Below, in pieces: positions 7,125 through 15,877 of a DNA stretch of 64,000 nucleotides. A model generated the notes under the pieces. That model ran no database searches. It was not told where the DNA came from and was given only the letters and a program-made list of their open reading frames with translations. Location of the stretch: positions 1 to 64,000 of IMG/VR virus record IMGVR_UViG_3300017917_002401; one strand, written 5' to 3'. Each line of letters begins with the position of its first letter. The stretch's first letter is position 1. The DNA is from a virus. The position numbers and the translations under genes are program-made.

Positions 7125-7283
7125 TTAAGTCATTTCAGTCCACATAGCTTGCATATACAGCAATCTATGCTGATCAAAAGCAATCGAGCCTTGAGGCTGC
7201 CACCCCATGGCAATAAGTGCGTTAACTTTTGTTATCAGTTCTGGTATGTCTCTGCCCAGAACAACTGTGTAGTTTTGTACCAT
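7125..7283 (-). CDS. DUF1737-like small protein
   Basis: Hand-translated MVQNYTVVLGRDIPELITKVNALIAMGWQPQGSIAFDQHRLLYMQAMWTEMT (GWxPxG...QAM). Confidence 0.6.
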   Translation of the reverse strand: MVQNYTVVLGRDIPELITKVNALIAMGWQPQGSIAFDQHRLLYMQAMWTEMT

Positions 7284-7373
7284 ATAGAAACACACTACTC
7301 TTACGACGCCTCCTTGTGGGACTCCGGTAGTACAGCTCGACTCAGCGGGCTTGGTAATGTGTTTTTATATGGT
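7279..7373 (-). ncRNA. stem-closed candidate ncRNA after tRNA-Lys
   Basis: ACCATATARAAACACA terminal inverted repeat enclosing GC-rich hairpins. Confidence 0.45.
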
Positions 7374-7444
7374 AGACGCACAGAGAATCGAACTCTGATT
7401 TGCTGGTTAAAAGCCAGCTACTTTAGCCGTTAAGTTATACGTCC
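7370..7444 (-). tRNA. tRNA-Lys(UUU)
   Basis: Cloverleaf, CT-TTT-AA loop, CCA. Confidence 0.9.
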
Positions 7445-7557
7445 AGATCGCGCTTCCATTTGCCACGAAGCTGTTTGTGGCTTTTTTGATGTGAACCACT
7501 GCCGCCGCGTTTTGATAACGCTAGTGCAACGTGGTTCCGAGGTTTTCGTGTTTTCAT
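7435..7557 (-). CDS. small basic protein
   Basis: MKTRKPRNHVALAL...GGSGSH, ATG 6 nt after a TATAAT. Confidence 0.55.
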   Translation of the reverse strand: MKTRKPRNHVALALSKRGGSGSHQKSHKQLRGKWKRDLDV

Positions 7558-7649
7558 AATATAATTATACAATAATAAAATGCCTTTATCAATAGGGAAA
7601 TTTTTATCCTTATTGGTAAGGGCACTCCGTACCTGCAAGTGCCTAGTGA

Positions 7650-7871
7650 TTATGCTGTTACTAACCGATATTTCTTAAATGTTTCTTCAAATAGGGAAAG
7701 AATATTACTTCGCGCATCAATAAACGCTGAATATCCTTGGGCACTGTTAGCAGATAGTGCAAAAGTAGTTGCCCCAAATTCGTCAATTGCGGACAGCATT
7801 GTTGCAATATCTTGCATCTGTTCTTTACATAAAGCCGGGTAAATTTGCAGAGGTTTAGTATCGGTTGTCAT
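7650..7871 (-). CDS. hypothetical protein
   Basis: 73-aa ORF. Confidence 0.55.
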   Translation of the reverse strand: MTTDTKPLQIYPALCKEQMQDIATMLSAIDEFGATTFALSANSAQGYSAFIDARSNILSLFEETFKKYRLVTA

Positions 7872-7924
7872 TGTATTTTGCTTTTAAAAGTGTAGGCACT
7901 AGAATTAATGCCTACACGTTTAAC

Positions 7925-8476
7925 TTAAAAAGTAAACCAGTTGTTGTTATGATATATTAATTGTATGCTTTCATATGGATTTTGCAAGACCAAGAAGTTT
8001 TCACCATTTATTTTAGTTGATCCAGGCGGTATAATCGTTACCTTACGATTACCTATAGGAGCACCAATTTCTAGTTTTATTATGTAAAACTTGCCATTCT
8101 CTGCATCAGCAGGAAGTGTTATTGTTGTTGCTTCTTTACTCTGTACGCCAATATAACAATCAGTTAATTTGGCAGCATAACTAGATCCAGTAGTTACAGT
8201 TGGTAAATCTAGTCCGGTTGAGGGTCCTGGTGGACCTTGCTCACCTTGCGGTCCAGGTTCGCCTTGAATACCTTGCTCACCTTGCTCACCTTGCTCACCT
8301 TGTGGGCCTGCTGGTCCGGTTGGGCCTGTTGGCCCAGGCTCACCTTGTGGTCCTGCTGGCCCTGTTGGGCCTGAACTTCCAGTACTAGAATAGTTTATTA
8401 TATCTATGTCGTCTAGCTTTTGTGGTACAAAAGGTACCATAGGCCAACCAAACGGCATAATTGTTTGATATTGCAT
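7925..8476 (-). CDS. collagen-like protein
   Basis: ~17 G-X-Y triplets plus C-terminal TITLP...KIN beta domain, AGGAG RBS. Confidence 0.85.
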   Translation of the reverse strand: MQYQTIMPFGWPMVPFVPQKLDDIDIINYSSTGSSGPTGPAGPQGEPGPTGPTGPAGPQGEQGEQGEQGIQGEPGPQGEQGPPGPSTGLDLPTVTTGSSYAAKLTDCYIGVQSKEATTITLPADAENGKFYIIKLEIGAPIGNRKVTIIPPGSTKINGENFLVLQNPYESIQLIYHNNNWFTF

Positions 8477-8525
8477 ACTAACTCTCCTTAAAAAGGCCCC
8501 GGCTTGTGACCAGGGCCCTGCCATA

Positions 8526-9293
8526 TTAACGGATGTTAGTATTGGTATTTGTTGGGTTGGCAGTTAGTGTACCGCTTCCAACGTTGATTGCTTCGTTGCT
8601 GCTACGAATTTGCTGACCAAGTGCCCAGATTAAGTTAGCAAGCTGGCCATACTGAGCCTGTTGTTGCTGTTGCTGTTGCATTTGGTTGATGTTATTAGTT
8701 GTTGTAACTTCAACACCACGAGTGCGTTCAGCACCCTCAAAACGAGTTTGTAGTGCAATAATTTGTGCATTAGCATCGCTAAGTTGACGATTTAGTGCAG
8801 CTTCGTATTGTGCTGTAATTAAAGCGCGAGTTTTTTCACCATCGTTTGAAATATCCTTAGATAATTCATAGCGATTTTCCATTGTTGTTTGTGAAAGTCC
8901 AGCTAATTGCTGCGCAAGAACCATTGTACCAGCATTTACTGCTTCTTTAACGCCGGTGATTTGTGCAACTGTTGCTTGTGCAACTTGTGACAATTGATTT
9001 TGAATACCTAGGCTTTGTGCGGCCTGACTAGCTTCCATAGCTGCTGTTGAAACTGCTACTGCTTTGTCTACCTGACCAATACCAGCCATTAGGTCCATGT
9101 TAGCTTGATTTTGTTCTGGAGGATTACGTAAGACTGCTCCTGCTGCTGCACCATCGCCACCAAATAGGTTGCCATTGTTGCGTAGTAGGCTGCCTAGGAT
9201 AAGACCACCAATAAGGCCACCGCCGCCTGAACCAAATAGTCCATCACCGCCGCCAGCCATCATCATACCGCTTGGATTTAGTACTTCTGCCAT
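8526..9293 (-). CDS. Gly-rich N-terminal, coiled-coil, Gln-rich protein
   Basis: [12 protein letters not shown] segment, DGEKTRALI, poly-Q tract, GGGGA RBS. Confidence 0.8.
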   Translation of the reverse strand: MAEVLNPSGMMMAGGGDGLFGSGGGGLIGGLILGSLLRNNGNLFGGDGAAAGAVLRNPPEQNQANMDLMAGIGQVDKAVAVSTAAMEASQAAQSLGIQNQLSQVAQATVAQITGVKEAVNAGTMVLAQQLAGLSQTTMENRYELSKDISNDGEKTRALITAQYEAALNRQLSDANAQIIALQTRFEGAERTRGVEVTTTNNINQMQQQQQQQAQYGQLANLIWALGQQIRSSNEAINVGSGTLTANPTNTNTNIR

Positions 9294-9372
9294 TTTATTC
9301 CCCTTTATTTTTATTATATGTGGAGTTTAAGAAAAGGCAAGTAATACCGGCAAGTATTACCTGCCGACCGCA

Positions 9373-9567
9373 TTATTCTGCGGGTTTTGTAATAATCATT
9401 TCGTATTCGTCCATAGTAAGTGTGTCATCACATCTACTTAGATCTATTAAGTTAGCAATTATATATTTGCAATCCACAGTGGGATTTGCTCGTACATAAT
9501 CAAATAAACTTTCTAGTAATCTAGGACTTACTTCGATCTCATACGTTTTGTATTTGATATGTCCCAA
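9373..9567 (-). CDS. hypothetical protein
   Basis: 64-aa ORF with AAGGA RBS and TTG start. Confidence 0.55.
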   Translation of the reverse strand: MGHIKYKTYEIEVSPRLLESLFDYVRANPTVDCKYIIANLIDLSRCDDTLTMDEYEMIITKPAE

Positions 9568-9652
9568 TTTGATTCCTTTGTTATTATTATTTTTAGAATC
9601 TTATGGTTAAAATAAACCATATTTAAGTGCTTAAATAAACACTTAAATATAG

Positions 9653-9727
9653 TGGTGGACCGAGGGAGGATCGAACTCCCACCCGAGGCTTGCAAAGCCA
9701 CTGTGCTCCCATTATCACTATCAGCCC
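9653..9727 (-). tRNA. tRNA-Ala(UGC)
   Basis: TT-TGC-AA loop, G3:U70, CCA. Confidence 0.9.
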
Positions 9728-9912
9728 ATTTTAGTTTGCTTACTGTTTACTACCCAGGCCGCTAAGCCTGTGCTTTCGATTTGCCAGGGTCATGAATCCC
9801 ACCTATATCGAAAGTCATACCATCTCCCGCGTCCTTCCTAGGTGAAACGAGTCTCAAGTATGCAAAGCTCCGCAACTGAATCGGAATCTAGCAGTAAACA
9901 AACTAAAATGGT
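9726..9912 (-). ncRNA. ~185-nt stem-closed candidate ncRNA after tRNA-Pro
   Basis: CCATTTTAGTTTG(C/T)TTACTG terminal inverted repeat with structured interior. Confidence 0.5.
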
Positions 9913-9986
9913 CAGAGTATGAGGATTCGAACCTCAGTTTCATGCTCCCAAAGCACGGGTATTAGACCAGACTATACGATACTCTG
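9909..9986 (-). tRNA. tRNA-Pro(UGG)
   Basis: TT-TGG-GA loop, CCA. Confidence 0.9.
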
Positions 9987-10214
9987 AAGCGCACTTTTTA
10001 GAGTAGTGCGAAATCTCCCCGATATAGCGACCTGTCGGTGGCAGCAAGGTCAAGAATCAATACTTAACAAGTGCGAGAATTGCTCCGCGATGTTTTAACC
10101 CTACTTCGTCACGAACAGCTTTAACAGCTTCTTCGTAAGTCATATCGGTAACATCCCAAGCAATCAATTTACCATCTACTTTAGTAAAAATACGCATTTG
10201 CTTTCCTTTAAATT

Positions 10215-10297
10215 TGGTGGGCATGGAGAGACTCGAACTCTCACCCCGAAGGACTGGCTTCTAAGACCAGCGTGGCTACCAATTACACCACACGCCC
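10215..10297 (-). tRNA. tRNA-Leu(UAG)
   Basis: CT-TAG-AA loop, class II, CCA. Confidence 0.9.
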
Positions 10298-10388
10298 AAA
10301 ATTGTTTATAGTCTGCCGGTTGCAACACGCCGGTAGTCTCTAACCTATTGCTACTGGATTCAGGGTTGCGCACCCCTGTCAAGTTCAG

Positions 10389-10537
10389 ACCATATTTTAG
10401 TACTTTCAGTTTATAGTTATCTGTGGGTTCTACAAACTCATGTCCACGCATAGACTAGACGATACGATTGTCGCGCCAAGGCACAGTGCCGACAAAAACT
10501 TTCTCTAGTATTCCGCTGGAAAGCACTAAAATATGGT
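10389..10537 (-). ncRNA. stem-closed candidate ncRNA
   Basis: ACCATATTTTAGTRCTTTC terminal inverted repeat. Confidence 0.45.
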
Positions 10538-10711
10538 AGGCCAGGCAGGACTCGAACCTGCTTCCATAATATCTACAACACGAGGCCATGTATTCGAACT
10601 CAGGCTGAACTGTGAATAGCGTTCAGGGTTTGCAGCCCCTACTGGAATAGTCTCTACGTTCAAAGTGTTGTAATCCGGATTCGTGATTTAACCTTGTTAA
10701 TCTACCGGCCT
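10534..10711 (-). ncRNA. 178-nt tRNA-like RNA with ~100-nt insert replacing the anticodon arm
   Basis: AGGCCGG/CUGGCCU acceptor plus ACCA, D arm GAUU/AAUC, T arm GCAGGUUCGAGUCCUGC, insert closed by UACAACAC/GUGUUGUA. Confidence 0.7.
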
Positions 10712-10801
10712 ATATATTAGCACTATGCAGTTGAGGGTTCAAGCACCGGACATTAGTCCTGCTATTTAGCCTGCTTATTAGTCATAGTGCTAATATATAG
10801 G
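10709..10801. ncRNA. stem-closed candidate ncRNA / leader
   Basis: CCTATATATTAGCACTATG...CATAGTGCTAATATATAGG 19-bp inverted repeat, downstream of a minus-strand promoter. Confidence 0.4.
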
Positions 10802-10866
10802 ACGCTTAGTTGCGTCACTATATTATCAAATTAGAAATATAATTATATCAAAAACAGCAATCAAGG

Positions 10867-11064
10867 TCAACACTGATTTTTATAGACCCTGATTGCCTCA
10901 GCATCGAGACTAGCATAAACTCTGAACTTGTCACGACCTACTTCATCGTAGAATTTACTAGCCATTTGTTCCATTGCCTCTAGCTGTTCGATAGTGATAA
11001 GAGAACATTTTATGTACCGGCTCATAAACGCATCAATAAGAAATTGCTTTGTATATCCTGCCAT
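10867..11064 (-). CDS. hypothetical protein
   Basis: 65-aa ORF with GGAG RBS and its own promoter. Confidence 0.7.
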   Translation of the reverse strand: MAGYTKQFLIDAFMSRYIKCSLITIEQLEAMEQMASKFYDEVGRDKFRVYASLDAEAIRVYKNQC

Positions 11065-11091
11065 GTTTTCTCCAAATCAGCCTATATTATA

Positions 11092-11424
11092 TCAAAGTTT
11101 GGCAACTTCGTCAAGACTCAAAATCTTAATTGTCGTGTCGCCACGTTCATCAGCTTGCTTCAACCAGTTTGAGTAAATGTCCTGCATTAGGCCACTCATG
11201 TGGTAATTGTTGAAATGGCAGTAGTATGTACTTCCACTAGTACCATCAAACTCATAATGACCTTGGTCATCAATGCGAACTGCGGTAATGCCAGAATTCA
11301 ATTTCCACGAATTGCTACCAGCAAATCCACCGTACCAGCCGCCAAATACTTTGCGTGTTGGTGTTTCCAATTCAGGTGCGTCAAATTCTAAGACTACCCA
11401 AACGTCTGGTGAGTATTCATTCAT
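11092..11424 (-). CDS. conserved hypothetical phage protein
   Basis: PD.WVV...GGWYGGF.GS.SWKLNSGI...G.SGS.Y.C pattern common in phages. Confidence 0.8.
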   Translation of the reverse strand: MNEYSPDVWVVLEFDAPELETPTRKVFGGWYGGFAGSNSWKLNSGITAVRIDDQGHYEFDGTSGSTYYCHFNNYHMSGLMQDIYSNWLKQADERGDTTIKILSLDEVAKL

Positions 11425-11655
11425 CTTCGTTCTCCCAACTATCGAGACTGAACTCAACCGTCTGGTCGCTGATAACATATGGAGGCGATGGAAAGCATTT
11501 TTGTAGTTTGTCGGGGTCTACATCTTTGAAAACACCAACAACGCAATCCCAACCCAATTCTGTGCTGGTTACAACATATACTGTTTTGTTCATATTAATT
11601 CTCCAAATCAGCCATTATTATAGCTGATTCAGGCAATCATATCAAGAGAAAAATT

Positions 11656-11730
11656 TGGCCCGTCTGGAGCGATTCGAACGCCCGACCTAGAACTTAGAAG
11701 ATTCCTGCTCTTTCCCCTGAGCTACAGACG
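11656..11730 (-). tRNA. tRNA-Arg(UCU)
   Basis: CT-TCT-AA loop, CCA. Confidence 0.85.
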
Positions 11731-11737
11731 GATGTGA

Positions 11738-12043
11738 TTAATAGTCTGGGAACAGATTGCTGGCTGGAATAGCCTCAGGCATATCATCAATCCATACATG
11801 GATGTTGATATCCAAGCTCAGGCAAAAAGCTCGCTTTGCCTTGCCACCTGTAAAGATGCAATTCATAGGCCCAACCATTTGTCCAATGGATTCTAGTACT
11901 TCGGATACTTCGTCTGCATAGTCTAAGCAACGTGCAGTAACGCAGTATACACGGTGACCTTTCCTGCGGGCTTGACGAATAAATTCGTCCCACAAGTCAG
12001 GGTCGCGTGTGTAAGTGTCATCAAAGTCAATGCTGATATTCAT
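11738..12043 (-). CDS. small HAD-family phosphatase-like protein
   Basis: IDFDDT, VTAR, K, WIDD motifs. Confidence 0.8.
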   Translation of the reverse strand: MNISIDFDDTYTRDPDLWDEFIRQARRKGHRVYCVTARCLDYADEVSEVLESIGQMVGPMNCIFTGGKAKRAFCLSLDINIHVWIDDMPEAIPASNLFPDY

Positions 12044-13044
12044 AGTGATTTTACAAGCTGAGCGCTTGCCAAGTTTTTTTGTTTTGATTCACACATTATA
12101 TCGGCAAATGGACTAAAAGTCAAGGCCCAAGTATTAACAGCTTGATTCCAGTAGTAGTCGCTGTGAGCACGCAGTTTAGCGGCTGTAAAGCCCATGGACT
12201 TCAATTGCTTGAGATCGGGCTTAGTAGTAGGGTCATGGTCTACTAGCACATCTTCGCGTGACACACTATAGTGAATCACAGGACGCACACCACGCCACGA
12301 CTCGACAACACGCTTGAACTTAGGGTCTGTAGGCTCAATATACTCGCCACTATTAATCCAGTGGTGGTGAATGTCTAAGACGAGTGCACAAGTGTCTGCC
12401 AATTCTAGACTGGCATCAAGACCCCAGGTAAACTCGGCGTTTTCAATAGTCAGCGTGTTGCGTGCTTCGGGTGAGAGCCTACGCATAGCGGACTTGATAC
12501 CATCGGGACCAAGTTTGCCACCAATGTGCACATTGCACTTGAAATCTTGAAATTGTTTGCCATAACCCATGTACCGGATCAGATCGCAGTGATACTCGAA
12601 TTCGGTAATGGAATTTTCGACTACACCGGGATTTTCACTAGCAAGCACACAGAACTGTCCGGGGTGGAAACTTAACCGAACGTCATGTTTGCGTGCCAGA
12701 TCGCCAATGTCTGCAAAACGCTTTTCTAGTGCGGCAACGACGTCTGGTTCAAAGTAAAACCACATCCAGTCGTCGTGAGTATATGCAGGCAGCAAGTCGC
12801 TGCTAATGCGTAGCATACGACACTCAGGTGCTTGGCGACTAAGCCACAGCAGTTGTTCGTATACTGCTTTGGTATTTTTTTGGAGAATATCCCACAGTCG
12901 CTCTACCGCTTTTTGCTTGGGCTGATTATTAAGCCAAGTAATTGTAGTCGTGCCAGTGTTAAGACCTTTCCAAGCCTTATCGTGCGACTCATTGATTTTG
13001 CAGGCAAAGCCAATGCGTTTGATAGATTGATTAAAAGTATTCAT
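12040..13044 (-). CDS. uvsE: UV damage endonuclease (UvsE/UVDE)
   Basis: IGFAC, RISSDLLP, RLSFHPGQF, TIEN, LDIHHH, AHSD, DIMCESK motifs. Confidence 0.9.
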   Translation of the reverse strand: MNTFNQSIKRIGFACKINESHDKAWKGLNTGTTTITWLNNQPKQKAVERLWDILQKNTKAVYEQLLWLSRQAPECRMLRISSDLLPAYTHDDWMWFYFEPDVVAALEKRFADIGDLARKHDVRLSFHPGQFCVLASENPGVVENSITEFEYHCDLIRYMGYGKQFQDFKCNVHIGGKLGPDGIKSAMRRLSPEARNTLTIENAEFTWGLDASLELADTCALVLDIHHHWINSGEYIEPTDPKFKRVVESWRGVRPVIHYSVSREDVLVDHDPTTKPDLKQLKSMGFTAAKLRAHSDYYWNQAVNTWALTFSPFADIMCESKQKNLASAQLVKSL

Positions 13045-13088
13045 AGCCATTATTATACTATGATAACTGTGGGAATTCAAGATTATAT

Positions 13089-13319
13089 TTATCGGCCTAC
13101 TAAGCTAAAGCAAAGTTTACATACAGGGAAATCGTCACTATCATGGCGGTGGTCTGTGCCCCAAATTCCACAATGTGAGCATTCTGCTATGTGCTGCTCT
13201 AGCATGTAGTCATCAACTTCGCTTATATCTACTTCTAGTTCGTCGCAGGCCTCTCCAAGAGACTTACGAGTTTTATTGAGATACTTACTCAGTCTTTGGT
13301 ACAACTTTGTATCTGTCAT
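13089..13319 (-). CDS. hypothetical Zn-ribbon protein
   Basis: CSHC...CKLC. Confidence 0.65.
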   Translation of the reverse strand: MTDTKLYQRLSKYLNKTRKSLGEACDELEVDISEVDDYMLEQHIAECSHCGIWGTDHRHDSDDFPVCKLCFSLVGR

Positions 13320-13722
13320 CTAACTCTGGGTGGGTTTTCTCAAACTCCAATAAAAACATAATGCAACAAGCTGCATGTGCTAGGTGCGATAAGCCCGATT
13401 CAGGGTCTTTATCCTCACCGTCATTGAATGCGGCAAGATGACGCATTGCTGCAGCTAAGGGTCTGGACCATGAGAATCCTTTACGCCAGTTATGTTCAGC
13501 ATACTTTTGTGCACCAAACTTTAATACTGCCGCAGTTTGATTCATGGCTTCAGAAGAAAGTAGGTTAAGCGGTAGCTTATCCTGATCAAATTTTAGTGCT
13601 GTGCCAAATTGCTTTTGAATAGCTGATAAGGTTTCTTGTGGAATCTGGGCATTATCTGGAATAGTTCCAAATACTGTTTGATGTTCTAGTTGTACTACAA
13701 TGTTATCTTCTTGTTTAGGCAT
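13285..13722 (-). CDS. dATP/dGTP diphosphohydrolase-domain protein (DUF5664)
   Basis: KFDQDK...FGAQKYAEHNWRKG...RHL...DPESGLSHLAHA. Confidence 0.9.
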   Translation of the reverse strand: MPKQEDNIVVQLEHQTVFGTIPDNAQIPQETLSAIQKQFGTALKFDQDKLPLNLLSSEAMNQTAAVLKFGAQKYAEHNWRKGFSWSRPLAAAMRHLAAFNDGEDKDPESGLSHLAHAACCIMFLLEFEKTHPELDDRYKVVPKTE

Positions 13723-14031
13723 TTTGTTTCTTTGGTTTGTTAAAGGTTTTGTCTAATAGAGCGCAAGGTTTTTCAACACGTACGTCTAAGTCTTTTATCG
13801 GCTTGATTTTGTTGTCTATACAATATTGAAGATAGTATTTCCAACCCAACAAGCGCATAAATTCGCTAAATGTCATAGTGACTTTGTGTATACAGATTCC
13901 TCAATTATACTCGATAAGCAAACACACAGCAACGGGAAATTTTTTCTGGTTTGGCGCAGCACCACATAAAATTTTTGACTTGAGCCATTTTGCCCAAAAT
14001 GATATAATTAGGGATCAATTGGAATTTAACC

Positions 14032-14286
14032 ATGGACGTTAACCTTTTAATTCAACGACTACAACAAGGCGAGGCTGTTACAAGAACTGCGCCTGAGGGT
14101 CAACTGTACGTAGAGAGAACTCCTCCTACAGCTACAGCACTTCAAGCAGCGCGCGCACTTCAACAACTAATACAATTAAATGAAGGTAATGTGCGTCTTA
14201 TCAATCAACTAAATCAAGATTTGGTCAATTTAAATGAGCAAGTACAACTTTTACAAAGCAATAAAAGTAGCGGGCAGACTAGCTGA
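14032..14286 (+). CDS. hypothetical coiled-coil protein
   Basis: First ORF after the divergent promoter at ~13980-14008. Confidence 0.65.
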   Translation: MDVNLLIQRLQQGEAVTRTAPEGQLYVERTPPTATALQAARALQQLIQLNEGNVRLINQLNQDLVNLNEQVQLLQSNKSSGQTS

Positions 14287-14515
14287 ACGTGCAGAGCAAA
14301 ATGCTTTATCAGGTAGCTTAGATGCAGATGCAGTAGATGTTATTTTAGATTTAGTAAAACGAATACAGGAGTACGAAGCAAATGATCTTGCTAAGAAAAC
14401 ACCTTCTGTTTCTAGCCTTAGCATCGGTATTAACGATAATACCCTTCCCTGTAGGAATGATGTTTCAGGATTCTCCTACGGAACCGCAACACTGGGGTAC
14501 CCACCAAAAGCGTGA
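14234..14515 (+). CDS. hypothetical protein
   Basis: ORF overlapping neighbours, extent uncertain. Confidence 0.45.
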   Translation: MSKYNFYKAIKVAGRLAERAEQNALSGSLDADAVDVILDLVKRIQEYEANDLAKKTPSVSSLSIGINDNTLPCRNDVSGFSYGTATLGYPPKA

Positions 14516-14870
14516 GTTAGCGTGCTTAGCTAGAAACATTTACTTTGAGTCACGCGGTGAGCCGTTTCACGGCCAGGTTGCCGTGGCACAAGTTACACTA
14601 AATCGCGTTAGACATGAAGCACAGTTTGGTAACACAATTTGTAGTGTTGTATATGAAGCCAAACAATTTTCATGGACTAGTGAAAAAGTATCTGTCAAAG
14701 ATCGTAAAGCATGGGAAGATGCAATGCTAATTGCTCGTGCTACGATGGCTGGTACGCTTAAGTTACCAAACTTTAACGCACTTTACTTCCATACTAAACA
14801 AGTACGTCCTCAGTGGAGGAAAAGCAAGAAGATAGTGCGCGTTATTGGTAATCATATATTTTATAGCTAA
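14382..14870 (+). CDS. SleB-like cell wall hydrolase (Hydrolase_2)
   Basis: CLARNIYFESRGE...VAQVTLNRV...QFSW...IGNHIFY, N-terminal signal/TM. Confidence 0.95.
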   Translation: MILLRKHLLFLALASVLTIIPFPVGMMFQDSPTEPQHWGTHQKRELACLARNIYFESRGEPFHGQVAVAQVTLNRVRHEAQFGNTICSVVYEAKQFSWTSEKVSVKDRKAWEDAMLIARATMAGTLKLPNFNALYFHTKQVRPQWRKSKKIVRVIGNHIFYS

Positions 14871-14949
14871 AGCAGGGCCGGCTTAGTCTTTTTAGACTTG
14901 CTGGCCCTTTGTTTGTGTGTTATAATATAGGATTATCGGGGAAATAATT

Positions 14950-15702
14950 ATGAAAATCAGACTAATGAGCGACCTACATACGGAGTTTAAACTTCCGTAT
15001 AAGTCTCAGCCATTTAACGAATATCGTGGCGAAGATGTGCTTGTGCTGGCTGGTGATATTGCTAGTGGTAGCAAGAATACCATTGAAGTTCTCAAGCACT
15101 TTGCTGATATCTTTCCACAAGTTGTCTATGTACCAGGCAACCATGAGTACTATGGTACCAGTTTTGACGATTTCAACGACAAGATGATCGAAAAGGCTTT
15201 TAATTACGATAACATTCACTTCTTGCACCGTGATAATGTGCTGATTGGTGATGTGCGTTTTATTGGAGCCACACTGTGGACTAACTTTGATAAAGATCCA
15301 CTTAGTGAACACGCTGCACGTCGTATGATTGCAGACTTCAGACTAATCAAAGACTTTTCTACTGCAGATGCAGTTGAGCAGTTTTATCTAGACCGTGAGT
15401 ACATTAAAATGGCTTACGAGACTTTTACTGAAAAGAAAGTTATCGTAACTCACTTTTTACCTGCGCGTGAGTGTATTAGCCAACGTTTTAAATCGGACAA
15501 TAGTGGTCTTAATGACTACTTTGCTAACGATCTAGGCGACTGGATTTGGGATATGCAAAACACCACTTGGATGTTTGGACATACCCATGATCCATACGAT
15601 GATTACTTTGGTAGCACTCGTGTGGTTGCAAATCCACACGGTTACTGGACTGCTATGGACGAAGGCAAAGACTTCGATCCGTTTAAAATAATCGAAGTAT
15701 GA
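14950..15702 (+). CDS. calcineurin-like metallophosphoesterase
   Basis: SDLH, AGDI, GNHE, THFLP, GHTH motifs. Confidence 0.95.
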   Translation: MKIRLMSDLHTEFKLPYKSQPFNEYRGEDVLVLAGDIASGSKNTIEVLKHFADIFPQVVYVPGNHEYYGTSFDDFNDKMIEKAFNYDNIHFLHRDNVLIGDVRFIGATLWTNFDKDPLSEHAARRMIADFRLIKDFSTADAVEQFYLDREYIKMAYETFTEKKVIVTHFLPARECISQRFKSDNSGLNDYFANDLGDWIWDMQNTTWMFGHTHDPYDDYFGSTRVVANPHGYWTAMDEGKDFDPFKIIEV

Positions 15703-15877
15703 AAAGCTACAATGAAATTCGAGAAACCTGCTTGCTGGTAGACTACAGCCATAAGCTGGCTGCAGGGGCCGGCTTGTGGGTTGAACACTATGTTGACGAA
15801 CAGCGTGAGTATTTTGCCTTGTTCGGTGAAACTTCTGAACAACTATTACCTATAACTATTACATCTATTACTCTAGA

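Noticed and set aside
10574-10672. Group I intron in the 178-nt tRNA
   Set aside because: The insert is ~100 nt with no recognisable P7 core, so it is kept as an unexplained insert instead.
13285-13722. 2-aminoadenine (Z) or deazaguanine DNA modification pathway
   Set aside because: DUF5664 is present, but no PurZ, DatZ or Que/Dpd genes are recognisable in the window.
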